From the IMG/VR virus record IMGVR_UViG_641736216_000007: DNA of 16,391 nucleotides; one strand, given 5' to 3'. This stretch comes from a virus (taxonomy: Duplodnaviria; Heunggongvirae; Uroviricota; Caudoviricetes). The first letter of the stretch is position 1; each line of letters starts with the position of its first letter. The translations under genes were made by a program, and so were the position numbers. This document shows, piece after piece, positions 1 through 7,989 of this stretch. The notes under the pieces were generated by a model, which was not told the origin of the DNA, made no database searches, and was given only the letters and a program-made list of their open reading frames with translations.

Positions 1-1723
1 ATTTTTTTATACCAAGATCTTTATCATCCCAATCATAATATACCTTACCATTAGGCTTAATTATTAAGTCGTAGTATATTATAGTGTTTCCTACCTCAAA
101 AGAAGAATATTCAAGTCCTTTATGGTATTGTATCTTAAACCCATCTATTAATCTTATAAATTCAAAGTCTTGGCAAATATCGCTACCCCCAGAATAAATC
201 ATTTTATAATTATTATTATTAAATAAGCTAAGACCTATACCATCCAAAATTTTTAAATTAGATTTAGTTGTATATCTATAGTCAACTCTAAAATTTAAAC
301 TAATATCTTTAAATTTACTAAATCGATCTATAACATTCGATACATTTGAATCAGTCGTTAAAACACTATTTATTCTTACTTCCTTTTTTATATCAGTAAA
401 ATAACTATCTTCCGCTAAATTATCTAAAATCACATTATCATGTCTGCTTATACTCACACCTTTTATTCTATCTTCTGTATTAATATAATTAATAGTATCT
501 AATATCCTATTTTTAGGTAATGTAGTATTTATATAGACAACTTTATCATTATCTATTAGATTGATTAATTCTTTTAATGTGTCTAAGTCAGCAAAAGGTT
601 CTCCTCCAGTAAAAACAAAACTCTTAAATCCTTTTTTATTTAACATACTTATAGACTTTTTAATATTTTTAATATTAGGTCTATCTTTTTTATATTCCCT
701 TTTTGATGTACAAAACTCACAGTTATTTACACAATCAGAAGGCACAAATACCGTTACAGAAATATCCTCTCTTCCTTTTCTAAAGCTTATATTCAGTTTA
801 TCCATGAAGGTATCCAAATCACACCCAGCAGAAGAAGGATGCCCTCCTCCATTAAAGTTTAGTTTAGCTATTTCACTTAAATCAATATCTTTATTTGTTC
901 TCAAACTGACATTATTATTTAAGTTATTCAATATAGCTATAAAATCCAAATTATCAAATTTAGTATATAAGAAATGGCCTAAAAGACTTATTTCTCTCCT
1001 ATCATCAACACTTACTATCCCAACATTAAACTCTTGTTGTTTTTTATCTTTTAATAAATTCATTTTTCTCTGTATTAACTTTTCTCCAATTTCATTAAAA
1101 TAGTCTATTCTTCTTTTTGTTTTTAAATTTATCTTAATATTTTCTTCCTCACTAAACAATTCCTTATTATTAGTTATTTTCTCGACAATAGACTTTCTAA
1201 AATCAATTGCTCCCATTTCCTCAAATAAATCATTCAATCTTACAGCTTCAAGATTGTTAGTTTTTGTCCATGAAAAAGTATCCCAATCTTGTACTAATTC
1301 AACAAAATATTTTAATTCTTTAAAATATAAATCTGAGGGTCCAAATATGTCTTCAAAGAGAAGTTTTGTACCACAAGTTGGCTCTCCCTTTCTATCAAAT
1401 AATATAACCTTAGCCCAAAAATATTTATTTAAGTCTAAAGCTGTTTTATGATGATCTATAAGTTTAAACTTTGCTCCTTCTTTTACAACTTCATCTATCT
1501 TTTTAGCAACTTCATTTGATACACTTATATCAACTATATAAGTCATATCAAAATTTAAATATTCTTTTTTATTAATAAAATCTAATACAAACTTGTCTAC
1601 ATTGCTATAATCACATCCAACCGATTTTAAAATATTAATATTATTTAACCCTAAAACAATCTCTGAACTTTCCCCATCCATATCAATATGTTTAAATAAA
1701 CATACTTTAGCTATACTTTCCAT
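1..1723 (-). CDS. DHH/DHHA1-family phosphoesterase fused to a radical SAM domain (3'-partial, at least 574 aa; missing from the ORF track)
   Basis: Manual translation from ATG at 1723 (RBS GGGAGG at about 1733-1738) is open to the window edge. DHH motifs: H12-I-D-M-D-G17, YIVDIS, D90-H-H92, QDWDTFSW, DHHA1 motif VSLRT...NGGGH295. Radical SAM motifs: C331-VNN-C-EF-C338, FTGGEP, INTTL, VSISRH, ending ...IIKPNGKVYYDWDDKDLGIKN. Confidence 0.88.
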   Translation of the reverse strand, partial: MESIAKVCLFKHIDMDGESSEIVLGLNNINILKSVGCDYSNVDKFVLDFINKKEYLNFDMTYIVDISVSNEVAKKIDEVVKEGAKFKLIDHHKTALDLNKYFWAKVILFDRKGEPTCGTKLLFEDIFGPSDLYFKELKYFVELVQDWDTFSWTKTNNLEAVRLNDLFEEMGAIDFRKSIVEKITNNKELFSEEENIKINLKTKRRIDYFNEIGEKLIQRKMNLLKDKKQQEFNVGIVSVDDRREISLLGHFLYTKFDNLDFIAILNNLNNNVSLRTNKDIDLSEIAKLNFNGGGHPSSAGCDLDTFMDKLNISFRKGREDISVTVFVPSDCVNNCEFCTSKREYKKDRPNIKNIKKSISMLNKKGFKSFVFTGGEPFADLDTLKELINLIDNDKVVYINTTLPKNRILDTINYINTEDRIKGVSISRHDNVILDNLAEDSYFTDIKKEVRINSVLTTDSNVSNVIDRFSKFKDISLNFRVDYRYTTKSNLKILDGIGLSLFNNNNYKMIYSGGSDICQDFEFIRLIDGFKIQYHKGLEYSSFEVGNTIIYYDLIIKPNGKVYYDWDDKDLGIKK

Positions 1724-1884
1724 AAAAGAAATCCTCCCATTAAAATAAAGTTATATTTTCTAATCTATCTTATACTTTACGTATATAAAAATATAACTTT
1801 ATCATTTTAAATTTTGATTCTTTTAGCTTTAGCAATAATAAATCATAATGTTAACTTATTATTATATATAACTTCAAATTTTTA

Positions 1885-2265
1885 TTAACTCACTTCATTC
1901 TTTTTATTATTTAATAATATTATGGTATCATCATCTTGTACATAGCTAACTATTCCTTGTGATTCTGTCCATTTATCAACCATTTCTTGTAAAGATTTTA
2001 GACTATCCTTATTCACATGATTAATAGCATCCTCATAATGGTTATCCTCCAACTCATCTTTTACTATTCCATACATATCTAAGTTAAACTTTATTGGTAT
2101 ACAGCCATAAACATAATCAGGCAATTCCATTTCTTCATTTTCATAATATTCTTTCAAAACATCTATTTCCTCAAAATATCGTCCAGTTTTAACATCATAT
2201 AGAAAATCATGTTCATAATTCTCAATATTTATTTTTTTTGCTTTCTCAAACTTACTTTCCTCCAT
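1885..2265 (-). CDS. Hypothetical acidic protein, 126 aa
   Basis: ORF track gives 1885..2292, but AAGGAGGA lies just upstream of the ATG at 2265 (MEESKFEK...), so that start is preferred. No recognised family. Confidence 0.75.
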   Translation of the reverse strand: MEESKFEKAKKINIENYEHDFLYDVKTGRYFEEIDVLKEYYENEEMELPDYVYGCIPIKFNLDMYGIVKDELEDNHYEDAINHVNKDSLKSLQEMVDKWTESQGIVSYVQDDDTIILLNNKKNEVS

Positions 2266-2349
2266 AATATCCTCCTTATATAACATATCCAAACTACTAT
2301 TAAGTTTAATTTAAATAACAAATTATATATTTTATTTTCATTATTTTAT

Positions 2350-2991
2350 TCATTTTTCACTTAGATAATATATTATTATATTTTTCATATTTTCTAATAA
2401 TATATCTTTTTCTTTCAATGCTACTTCTTTTTTTGTGTCATTAACTATAGAATCAACTGTCTTCAATAAATTAATTAAAGCCAATTGCATTTCATTTCTC
2501 ATGTCTCTAATTGCTTTTAAATCTTCAATATATTCTTTTATATTATTATATTCATGTGCCAATGACTCAAAAGCAATTGCATATTTTACAACTATTTCAT
2601 AATGAGGACTTTCACGATCAGATAAAATATTTTCTGTAAGCCTAAACTCTTTGTCATATTGGTTCTTAATATCATATTCTTTATTAAACATAAGTTTAAT
2701 GGCATTTAATAAATATCGAGAATGTTCTTTCTCAAAGTCTCCTCCTAAGACTGAAAAAATACCCATTATCAAAGCTATGGGAATCACTAATCCCAAAACA
2801 GGTATAAATATTGCTACAAAACCTCCTATAAAAACTAAATCTTTGATAGGATTGTCACTTTGTTCTATAAAATTTAAAGACTTATTTTTATACTTAAATT
2901 TTTTAAGAACAAAAGCTATCAAGAATAATAAGACCCCTGAAACTACTTGGATCTTATATACAGGAATAATTAAATCCATTAATATACTCAT
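2350..2991 (-). CDS. Hypothetical membrane protein, paralog of 3023..3625
   Basis: 213-aa ORF with two hydrophobic N-terminal segments and a helical C-terminal region; RBS-like AGAAAGGA upstream; clear similarity to the neighbouring ORF. Confidence 0.8.
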   Translation of the reverse strand: MSILMDLIIPVYKIQVVSGVLLFLIAFVLKKFKYKNKSLNFIEQSDNPIKDLVFIGGFVAIFIPVLGLVIPIALIMGIFSVLGGDFEKEHSRYLLNAIKLMFNKEYDIKNQYDKEFRLTENILSDRESPHYEIVVKYAIAFESLAHEYNNIKEYIEDLKAIRDMRNEMQLALINLLKTVDSIVNDTKKEVALKEKDILLENMKNIIIYYLSEK

Positions 2992-3022
2992 TATATATTT
3001 TTCCTTTCTAAATTTTATTTAG

Positions 3023-3625
3023 TCAATATATTTCTATATTTTCTAATAACATATCCTTTTCTTTTAATGCTATTTCTTCCTTAGAATCATTAACTATACA
3101 GTTAACAACCTTCAAAAAATCAAGCAAAGATAATTTTATTTCATTTCTTATATTAATAAGTTCTTGTTCATCTTCAATACAATTCTTTATACTATTAAAT
3201 TCATTTATGCGTGATGCAAATATAATTATATTTTCTGCTACCATTTCATAATAAGGGCTTTTATCATTAGACAAAATTTCCTCAATTAGATTAAATTCAT
3301 TCTCATATTTTTCATTTTTTACTATAGCTTTTAGACTATATAATAAGTAGTTGTGATACTTACATTCAAAATTTTCTTGATAAATCTTATAAAAATCTGA
3401 TCCAATCAACATTATAAGTAAGCCAAATATAGGTATAAAAATAAATAAATAATCTTCTAATGTGAAAAATTCACTTTGATTTACAAAATCCAATTCTTCT
3501 TGATTTTGCTTTAGAAAGTTTAATAAATTATTTTTAGCCCTGGTTTTTTCTTGTATAAAAACTCTCTGTAAAAATAAGAAAACTAAACCTAATTGAATTA
3601 CATATATACAGATTAACAACTCCAT
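3023..3625 (-). CDS. Hypothetical membrane protein, paralog of 2350..2991
   Basis: 200-aa ORF, RBS AAGGAG, hydrophobic N-terminal segments; shares IFIPxxGL, YLLxxxK, SPxYE and IVNDxKxExALKEKDxLLEN with 2350..2991. Confidence 0.8.
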   Translation of the reverse strand: MELLICIYVIQLGLVFLFLQRVFIQEKTRAKNNLLNFLKQNQEELDFVNQSEFFTLEDYLFIFIPIFGLLIMLIGSDFYKIYQENFECKYHNYLLYSLKAIVKNEKYENEFNLIEEILSNDKSPYYEMVAENIIIFASRINEFNSIKNCIEDEQELINIRNEIKLSLLDFLKVVNCIVNDSKEEIALKEKDMLLENIEIY

Positions 3626-3680
3626 TCCACTTACTCCTTTTATATTTATATTTTAATTATACCATATTTATTGACTATAT

Positions 3681-3716
3681 AAAACGAAAAGAGCATATCT
3701 TTAATAAAATATGCTC
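3681..3716 (-). terminator. Intrinsic terminator after the XRE gene
   Basis: 8-bp stem GAGCATAT/ATATGCTC (3691-3698 with 3709-3716), followed on the minus strand by TTTTCGTTTT, 10 nt after the stop at 3727. Confidence 0.65.
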
Positions 3717-3726
3717 CTTAAAATAA

Positions 3727-4071
3727 TTATTTTAAATTTATATCAAATATCTCTTTTAGCAGAAACATCATTTTTGCTCTATCTTTGAGAGACATTTTTT
3801 CATACGCTATTTTAATAGCTTTCATATCATCTTCAAGCTCAAGTGATTTAATCTCGCTTCTTCCAAGAATAAAATCTAAAGAAACTCCATAAAAATTAGC
3901 CCATTTATATAATATTGACAGTTCGGGTTTTCTTTTATTATTTTCATACTGTGATATCGTCGATTTATTAAAATGTGTATCATTTAATTTATTAAATTTT
4001 TCTACAAGCTCTTCTTGTGTTAAACCCATTTCCTTTCTTAGACCTTTAAATCTCTCCCCAAATAAATCCAT
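3727..4071 (-). CDS. XRE/Cro-C1-type helix-turn-helix transcriptional regulator
   Basis: FGERFKGLRKEMGLTQEEL...KSTISQYENNKRKPE...ANFYGVSLDFILGRS is the typical HTH_3/XRE pattern; RBS AAGGAGG directly after the helicase stop. Confidence 0.92.
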   Translation of the reverse strand: MDLFGERFKGLRKEMGLTQEELVEKFNKLNDTHFNKSTISQYENNKRKPELSILYKWANFYGVSLDFILGRSEIKSLELEDDMKAIKIAYEKMSLKDRAKMMFLLKEIFDINLK

Positions 4072-4081
4072 TTTTTCCTCC

Positions 4082-6505
4082 TTATGCTACTAACATTCTA
4101 TCCTTCAATTTTGTATTTCTCTTAATTGCAATATCTTTTTTTATTCCCTGTTGTATTGTTTTTATGCTTCCTATCATTGCTAAAAAATCTCTTGCTCTTG
4201 TCATCCCTGTATAAATTAGATTATTATACAACATATAAATATGCTGTGGTACAATTGGAAGTAATATCGCTCTCCATGCACTACCTTGGCTTTTGTGTAT
4301 TGTAATTGCATAAGATAGCTCTAATTCATCTACACCATCATCATAAAATGCAAAATATTCATCGTACTGAACTATTACCCTTAAACCACCTTTTTCTAAA
4401 GGGACAACATCATAGACTACTCCACATTCTCCATTTGTAACATCTGTCTTGTTAATTTTCTTAAATGAACCATCTTTTAATTCATATAGAGCCATATTAT
4501 AATTATTTTTAACATGTATTACTTTATCATTCTTTGCAATAAAAAGGCTTACTTCTTCAGGTGCTCCAACTTCTGCAATTTGAGCTTCAAATTTTGTTTT
4601 TAAAACCTTCTTTTCAGAATTGGCATATGGGTTAAACTCTTTTTGTATTATATAATTAAAAACATTAGTTCCCAATGAACCTGTCCTTTGAGGTAGAAGA
4701 ACTTGTATTTCTTCAAGCCCATATTTATCAACGAGTCTTCTTATACTACTAATTACAGCTAATCTTACTTTTCTTACTGAATCTCTTTCTAAAACGTAAA
4801 AATCTTTATCTTCTTCATTTGGACAAACCATTTTTTTCTCAACAACTCCATTTGCATTTTTAGCTATTCCAGATAATAAGTCTTGTCGCTTTAAAACATC
4901 TAAAGTTATTACTTTTACAATCTGACTCTCTATAATATCTTTTAAAACTGTACCAGGTCCAACTGAAGGTAATTGATGTACATCTCCCATAATAATTAAT
5001 TTAGATGTAGTTTTTATGGCTTTTATAAAATTCCATCCTAATTCAATATCTATCATAGTTCCTTCATCACAAACAATTATATCTTTATTGAATTGGTTAA
5101 ACTCATTCATAGTAAATCCCATATAAGGCACATATCCAAGAGATCTATGAATTGTTGAACAATCCATGTAGGTAGCATTTCTAACTACTTTAGAAGCTTT
5201 TCCTGTTGGTGCAACAGCTTCAATTTTTAATTTTCTTTTACTTAATCGTTTTGCTACTTCTAAAATCAAATTAAGAGTAAATGTCTTTCCTGTCCCAGCA
5301 GGTCCATTTAATACAAATAACCCATTATTGTATAAATTAAATTCTATACATGCCTCTCTTTGTTTATCCTCTAATATATAACCTTTTTCAGAACATACTT
5401 CATTAAGAACTTTTTCTACTTCATCTTTTATATATATCTGGTTATAATTGGTAAATAACTTTAATCTTTCAGCAAGCAATTTTTCAGATAAATATAGATA
5501 CTTTAAGTAAATGCAATCATCCTCATTTACTATTTCATTTTCATTTATTAATTCTTCAATTGCTTCTAAAATCAACTCTTCCTTAATACTAAATAAAATA
5601 TAGTTGTTTTTTGTCTTCTTATTTTTCTCATATAAACAAATCTTTTCAGCCAATAGATATTTGTCTAATTTATATGTTTTATCAAACTTGATAATCTCAT
5701 CTGAAGAACTTTTATTACAAGAGCACATTTCTTTATAGCTTAAAGAAAGATTTAGCAAGTTAATTGCATCTTCAATTATTAATTCAAGAGGAAGATAACA
5801 GTGCCCACTAAGCAAAGCTTCTTGTAGTAAAAATTTTACTCCAGCTTTTAATCTATTGATATTATCTAATTCTATTCCTAAGTCTAATGCAATTTTATCG
5901 CATTTTAAAAATCCATAACCTCTTATTTCCTTTATTAGCATATAAGGATTCTCTTCTATTAACTTAAGTATTTCATCCTTATACTTTTCATGCAACTTTC
6001 TTGCATTTTTATAATTTATTCCATAATTTAATAATTCAATAAATATATATTGATTATCTTCAATTTCTTTTAATTCTTTTTGCCATTTTAAAACTGACTT
6101 CTTTCCAATACCCCTAACTTTATTAACTACTTCTAATGGATTATTAAGCAATACTTGTATGGATTCATCTCCAAATATATCGTATATATTTTCTGCTCTA
6201 CTTTTTAATCCATACAATGTTTTAAGATAGGCTATTATTCCTTTCTTTGTATTTGGCTTACATACTCTAAATTCATTTACTTTTATCTGTTTCTCTCTTT
6301 TATATAGAACTATTGTACCTTTTAATTCATAAGTTTGGCCTTCTACTAATTTTTTATTAAATATGCCTTTTATCGTTATCTTAATATCGTCATTCGTTTC
6401 AAAATTGTAAATCCCAAAGGAAGTATCCTCCATAAAAAAAATATTATTTCCACAGATACCAGTTACCTTAATAGAATCCCCATTTTTATATTTTTCTAAA
6501 TCCAT
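4082..6505 (-). CDS. recD2: ATP-dependent RecD-like (RecD2/TraA family) SF1B helicase
   Basis: 807 aa. N-terminal OB-fold and HhH-like region (VRGIGKK, ENPYMLI...GYGFLKCDKIA), Walker A GPAGTGKT, motif II DEGTM (variant of DEASM), GDVHQLPSVGPG, YAITIHKSQGS, YTGMTRAR. Confidence 0.93.
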   Translation of the reverse strand: MDLEKYKNGDSIKVTGICGNNIFFMEDTSFGIYNFETNDDIKITIKGIFNKKLVEGQTYELKGTIVLYKREKQIKVNEFRVCKPNTKKGIIAYLKTLYGLKSRAENIYDIFGDESIQVLLNNPLEVVNKVRGIGKKSVLKWQKELKEIEDNQYIFIELLNYGINYKNARKLHEKYKDEILKLIEENPYMLIKEIRGYGFLKCDKIALDLGIELDNINRLKAGVKFLLQEALLSGHCYLPLELIIEDAINLLNLSLSYKEMCSCNKSSSDEIIKFDKTYKLDKYLLAEKICLYEKNKKTKNNYILFSIKEELILEAIEELINENEIVNEDDCIYLKYLYLSEKLLAERLKLFTNYNQIYIKDEVEKVLNEVCSEKGYILEDKQREACIEFNLYNNGLFVLNGPAGTGKTFTLNLILEVAKRLSKRKLKIEAVAPTGKASKVVRNATYMDCSTIHRSLGYVPYMGFTMNEFNQFNKDIIVCDEGTMIDIELGWNFIKAIKTTSKLIIMGDVHQLPSVGPGTVLKDIIESQIVKVITLDVLKRQDLLSGIAKNANGVVEKKMVCPNEEDKDFYVLERDSVRKVRLAVISSIRRLVDKYGLEEIQVLLPQRTGSLGTNVFNYIIQKEFNPYANSEKKVLKTKFEAQIAEVGAPEEVSLFIAKNDKVIHVKNNYNMALYELKDGSFKKINKTDVTNGECGVVYDVVPLEKGGLRVIVQYDEYFAFYDDGVDELELSYAITIHKSQGSAWRAILLPIVPQHIYMLYNNLIYTGMTRARDFLAMIGSIKTIQQGIKKDIAIKRNTKLKDRMLVA

Positions 6506-6618
6506 AGTTTATCGTCCCCTTTTTTATATTTTATATATAAATACTTTTTCTAATGATATATATTAGATTTTAGGATCAATTCTTATAATGCTTAAATGGA
6601 TTGTTTTTACATAAAAAT

Positions 6619-6645
6619 AAAAGAAGGGGAATTTCCCCTTCTTTT
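6619..6645. terminator. Bidirectional intrinsic terminator closing the central RNA-rich unit
   Basis: Perfect 12-bp stem AAAAGAAGGGGA-ATT-TCCCCTTCTTTT with A/T tracts on both sides. Confidence 0.85.
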
Positions 6646-6648
6646 ACA

Positions 6649-6874
6649 AATAATCTATCATCGCTTTTAATAAATTTATACATTTTATGAACTTTCATTG
6701 TTCTTTTTAACTGGCATCAAATTTAATTTGTAAATTGTAAATTGTTATAATTTAATAAATAGTTATGTGTAAAATGTAATTTATATTCATTATAATTTAA
6801 TTGGTTAGAGTCTTTATGTACTCTGAATTCAAAAGCAGTAAATTACACAAATGATAAAAACAAGATAGATTATT
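6649..6874 (-). ncRNA. Candidate structured RNA downstream of the DIP1984-like gene
   Basis: Perfect 11-bp closing inverted repeat (6649-6659 with 6864-6874), internal TGTAATTTA/TAAATTACA helix, AGAGT/ACTCT and GAAC/GTTC hairpins, three tandem 7-mers at 6725-6745, no ORF. AT-richness weakens the inference. Confidence 0.45.
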
Positions 6875-6920
6875 TTTATATATAAAACATCAATAATTAA
6901 TTATTAATGTGATATAGCTA

Positions 6921-7442
6921 TTAAATTTCTAAATAGGTATCACTATTCATTTTACTTATTAGAGACTCAAGTGTATTAATTTTTTTTCTTAATTCATTTT
7001 TCCTCTCTATCATATTATCTCTATCAAAATTTAAAGTTTTTATTTCCATATAAAAAGAAGATGCATATTGAGTATCTACTTTTCTATGTTTTTTCTCTTT
7101 ATCTAATGAAGATAATTTATCAAGAACACTTAAATAGTTTCTATATTCTTTTAATTTTGTTAAGGCGCTTGATATAGTATCTTCATCACTTATTTTTGTT
7201 TTATTATTAGTATTTTGCAGTAAATTTTTATATTTAACAACATCCTCTGTCATTTCATTATATTCATTCAGTTCTTCATCGAATGAATATTCTGGAGTCA
7301 TTTGAGTTAACTCATTTTTCCCTTGAATAAAGGTAGAATGTTTAATTACAATACTATTGTCTAAAAGCTCTCTTCGCTTATTATATAAATCATTTTCTTT
7401 ATCGCTTATAAGTAATCTTAATTCGTTTAAATTTAATTTCAT
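6921..7442 (-). CDS. DIP1984/DUF6847-like coiled-coil protein (tentative)
   Basis: 173-aa helical protein with RBS AGGAGG. The pattern MKLNLNELRLL..., LQNTNNKT, TISSAL and C-terminal LNFDRD...LRKKINTLESLISKMNSDTYLEI resembles the DIP1984 family layout; recognised by eye, needs HMM confirmation. Confidence 0.55.
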   Translation of the reverse strand: MKLNLNELRLLISDKENDLYNKRRELLDNSIVIKHSTFIQGKNELTQMTPEYSFDEELNEYNEMTEDVVKYKNLLQNTNNKTKISDEDTISSALTKLKEYRNYLSVLDKLSSLDKEKKHRKVDTQYASSFYMEIKTLNFDRDNMIERKNELRKKINTLESLISKMNSDTYLEI

Positions 7443-7461
7443 TAAATTTACCTCCTATTGA

Positions 7462-7594
7462 TGGCAAGCAAGGGATTTGAACCCTTATATATACAACTTC
7501 CTTGATTAAAAGCTTTTAGTAGTAAAATTTTCAAAGGAATCGAACCCTTAAGTTTTCCAAAAGGAAAGTTGTAAATAGATACCTTCAGCCTGCC
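7462..7594 (-). ncRNA. 133-nt tRNA-like RNA with acceptor stem, two T-arms and no anticodon arm
   Basis: Acceptor stem GGCAGGC (7594-7588)/GCTTGCC (7469-7463) plus discriminator A; outer T-arm AAGGG-TTCAAAT-CCCTT (7486-7470); 12-bp helix with one bulge (7573-7561 with 7503-7492); inner T-arm AAGGG-TTCGATT-CCTTT (7549-7533). Confidence 0.75.
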
Positions 7595-7604
7595 AAATAA
7601 AATT

Positions 7605-7958
7605 TTATATTTTATTAAAGCTTTCATTACATTTTTCACATATATCTCCATATATACCTTTGCTTACATTATCTCCATATATGACATCACTACAAATTGT
7701 ACATCTATGTACAATTGGAAGCTCTACATTTATCGCTTCTTCAAGAATAATCTCACTTAATATAGATTCTGCTACGCTTAGAGAACTTGTTTTTACTGGA
7801 AAATATTCTTCAGTATTGTGGTTCTTTATATCATCAACACTGGTTAGATATATAGAATCATTAATTTCAAGTAAAACTTTTTTATCTTCCTCATTCTTAT
7901 TATATGAACTAAGTCTTTTCATTAAAAACCTAACAACTATAGTAAGTATTCTATCCAA
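7605..7958 (-). CDS. Hypothetical protein with C-terminal CxxC...CxxC (putative Zn ribbon)
   Basis: 117 aa, TTG start with GGAAGGGTGA upstream; CTIC and CEKC motifs near the C-terminus. Confidence 0.7.
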   Translation of the reverse strand: MDRILTIVVRFLMKRLSSYNKNEEDKKVLLEINDSIYLTSVDDIKNHNTEEYFPVKTSSLSVAESILSEIILEEAINVELPIVHRCTICSDVIYGDNVSKGIYGDICEKCNESFNKI

Positions 7959-7989
7959 AAATAAGTCACCCTTCCATACACTAATTTTT

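Noticed and set aside
1-760. QueE, viperin or anaerobic RNR activase assignment for the radical SAM domain
   Set aside because: Only the generic CX3CX2C and GGEP motifs are shared; family-specific N-terminal motifs (for example SIQGEG of QueE) are absent.
561-1103. 180-aa plus-strand ORF from the track
   Set aside because: Antisense shadow of the DHH-radical SAM gene; no RBS, and composition typical of reverse-frame AT-rich DNA.
1254-1451. 65-aa plus-strand ORF from the track
   Set aside because: Antisense to the DHH domain of the same gene.
2651-3022. 123-aa plus-strand ORF
   Set aside because: Antisense overlap of 2350..2991, which is supported by its paralog.
7462-7594. tmRNA or standard intron-containing tRNA
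   Set aside because: No G3.U70 alanine identity pair, far too short for tmRNA with no tag frame, and no anticodon loop is reconstructed by removing the insert.
7448-7651. 67-aa minus-strand ORF
   Set aside because: Overlaps the end of 7605..7958 in another frame, has no RBS, and runs through the tRNA-like RNA and the next gene's RBS.
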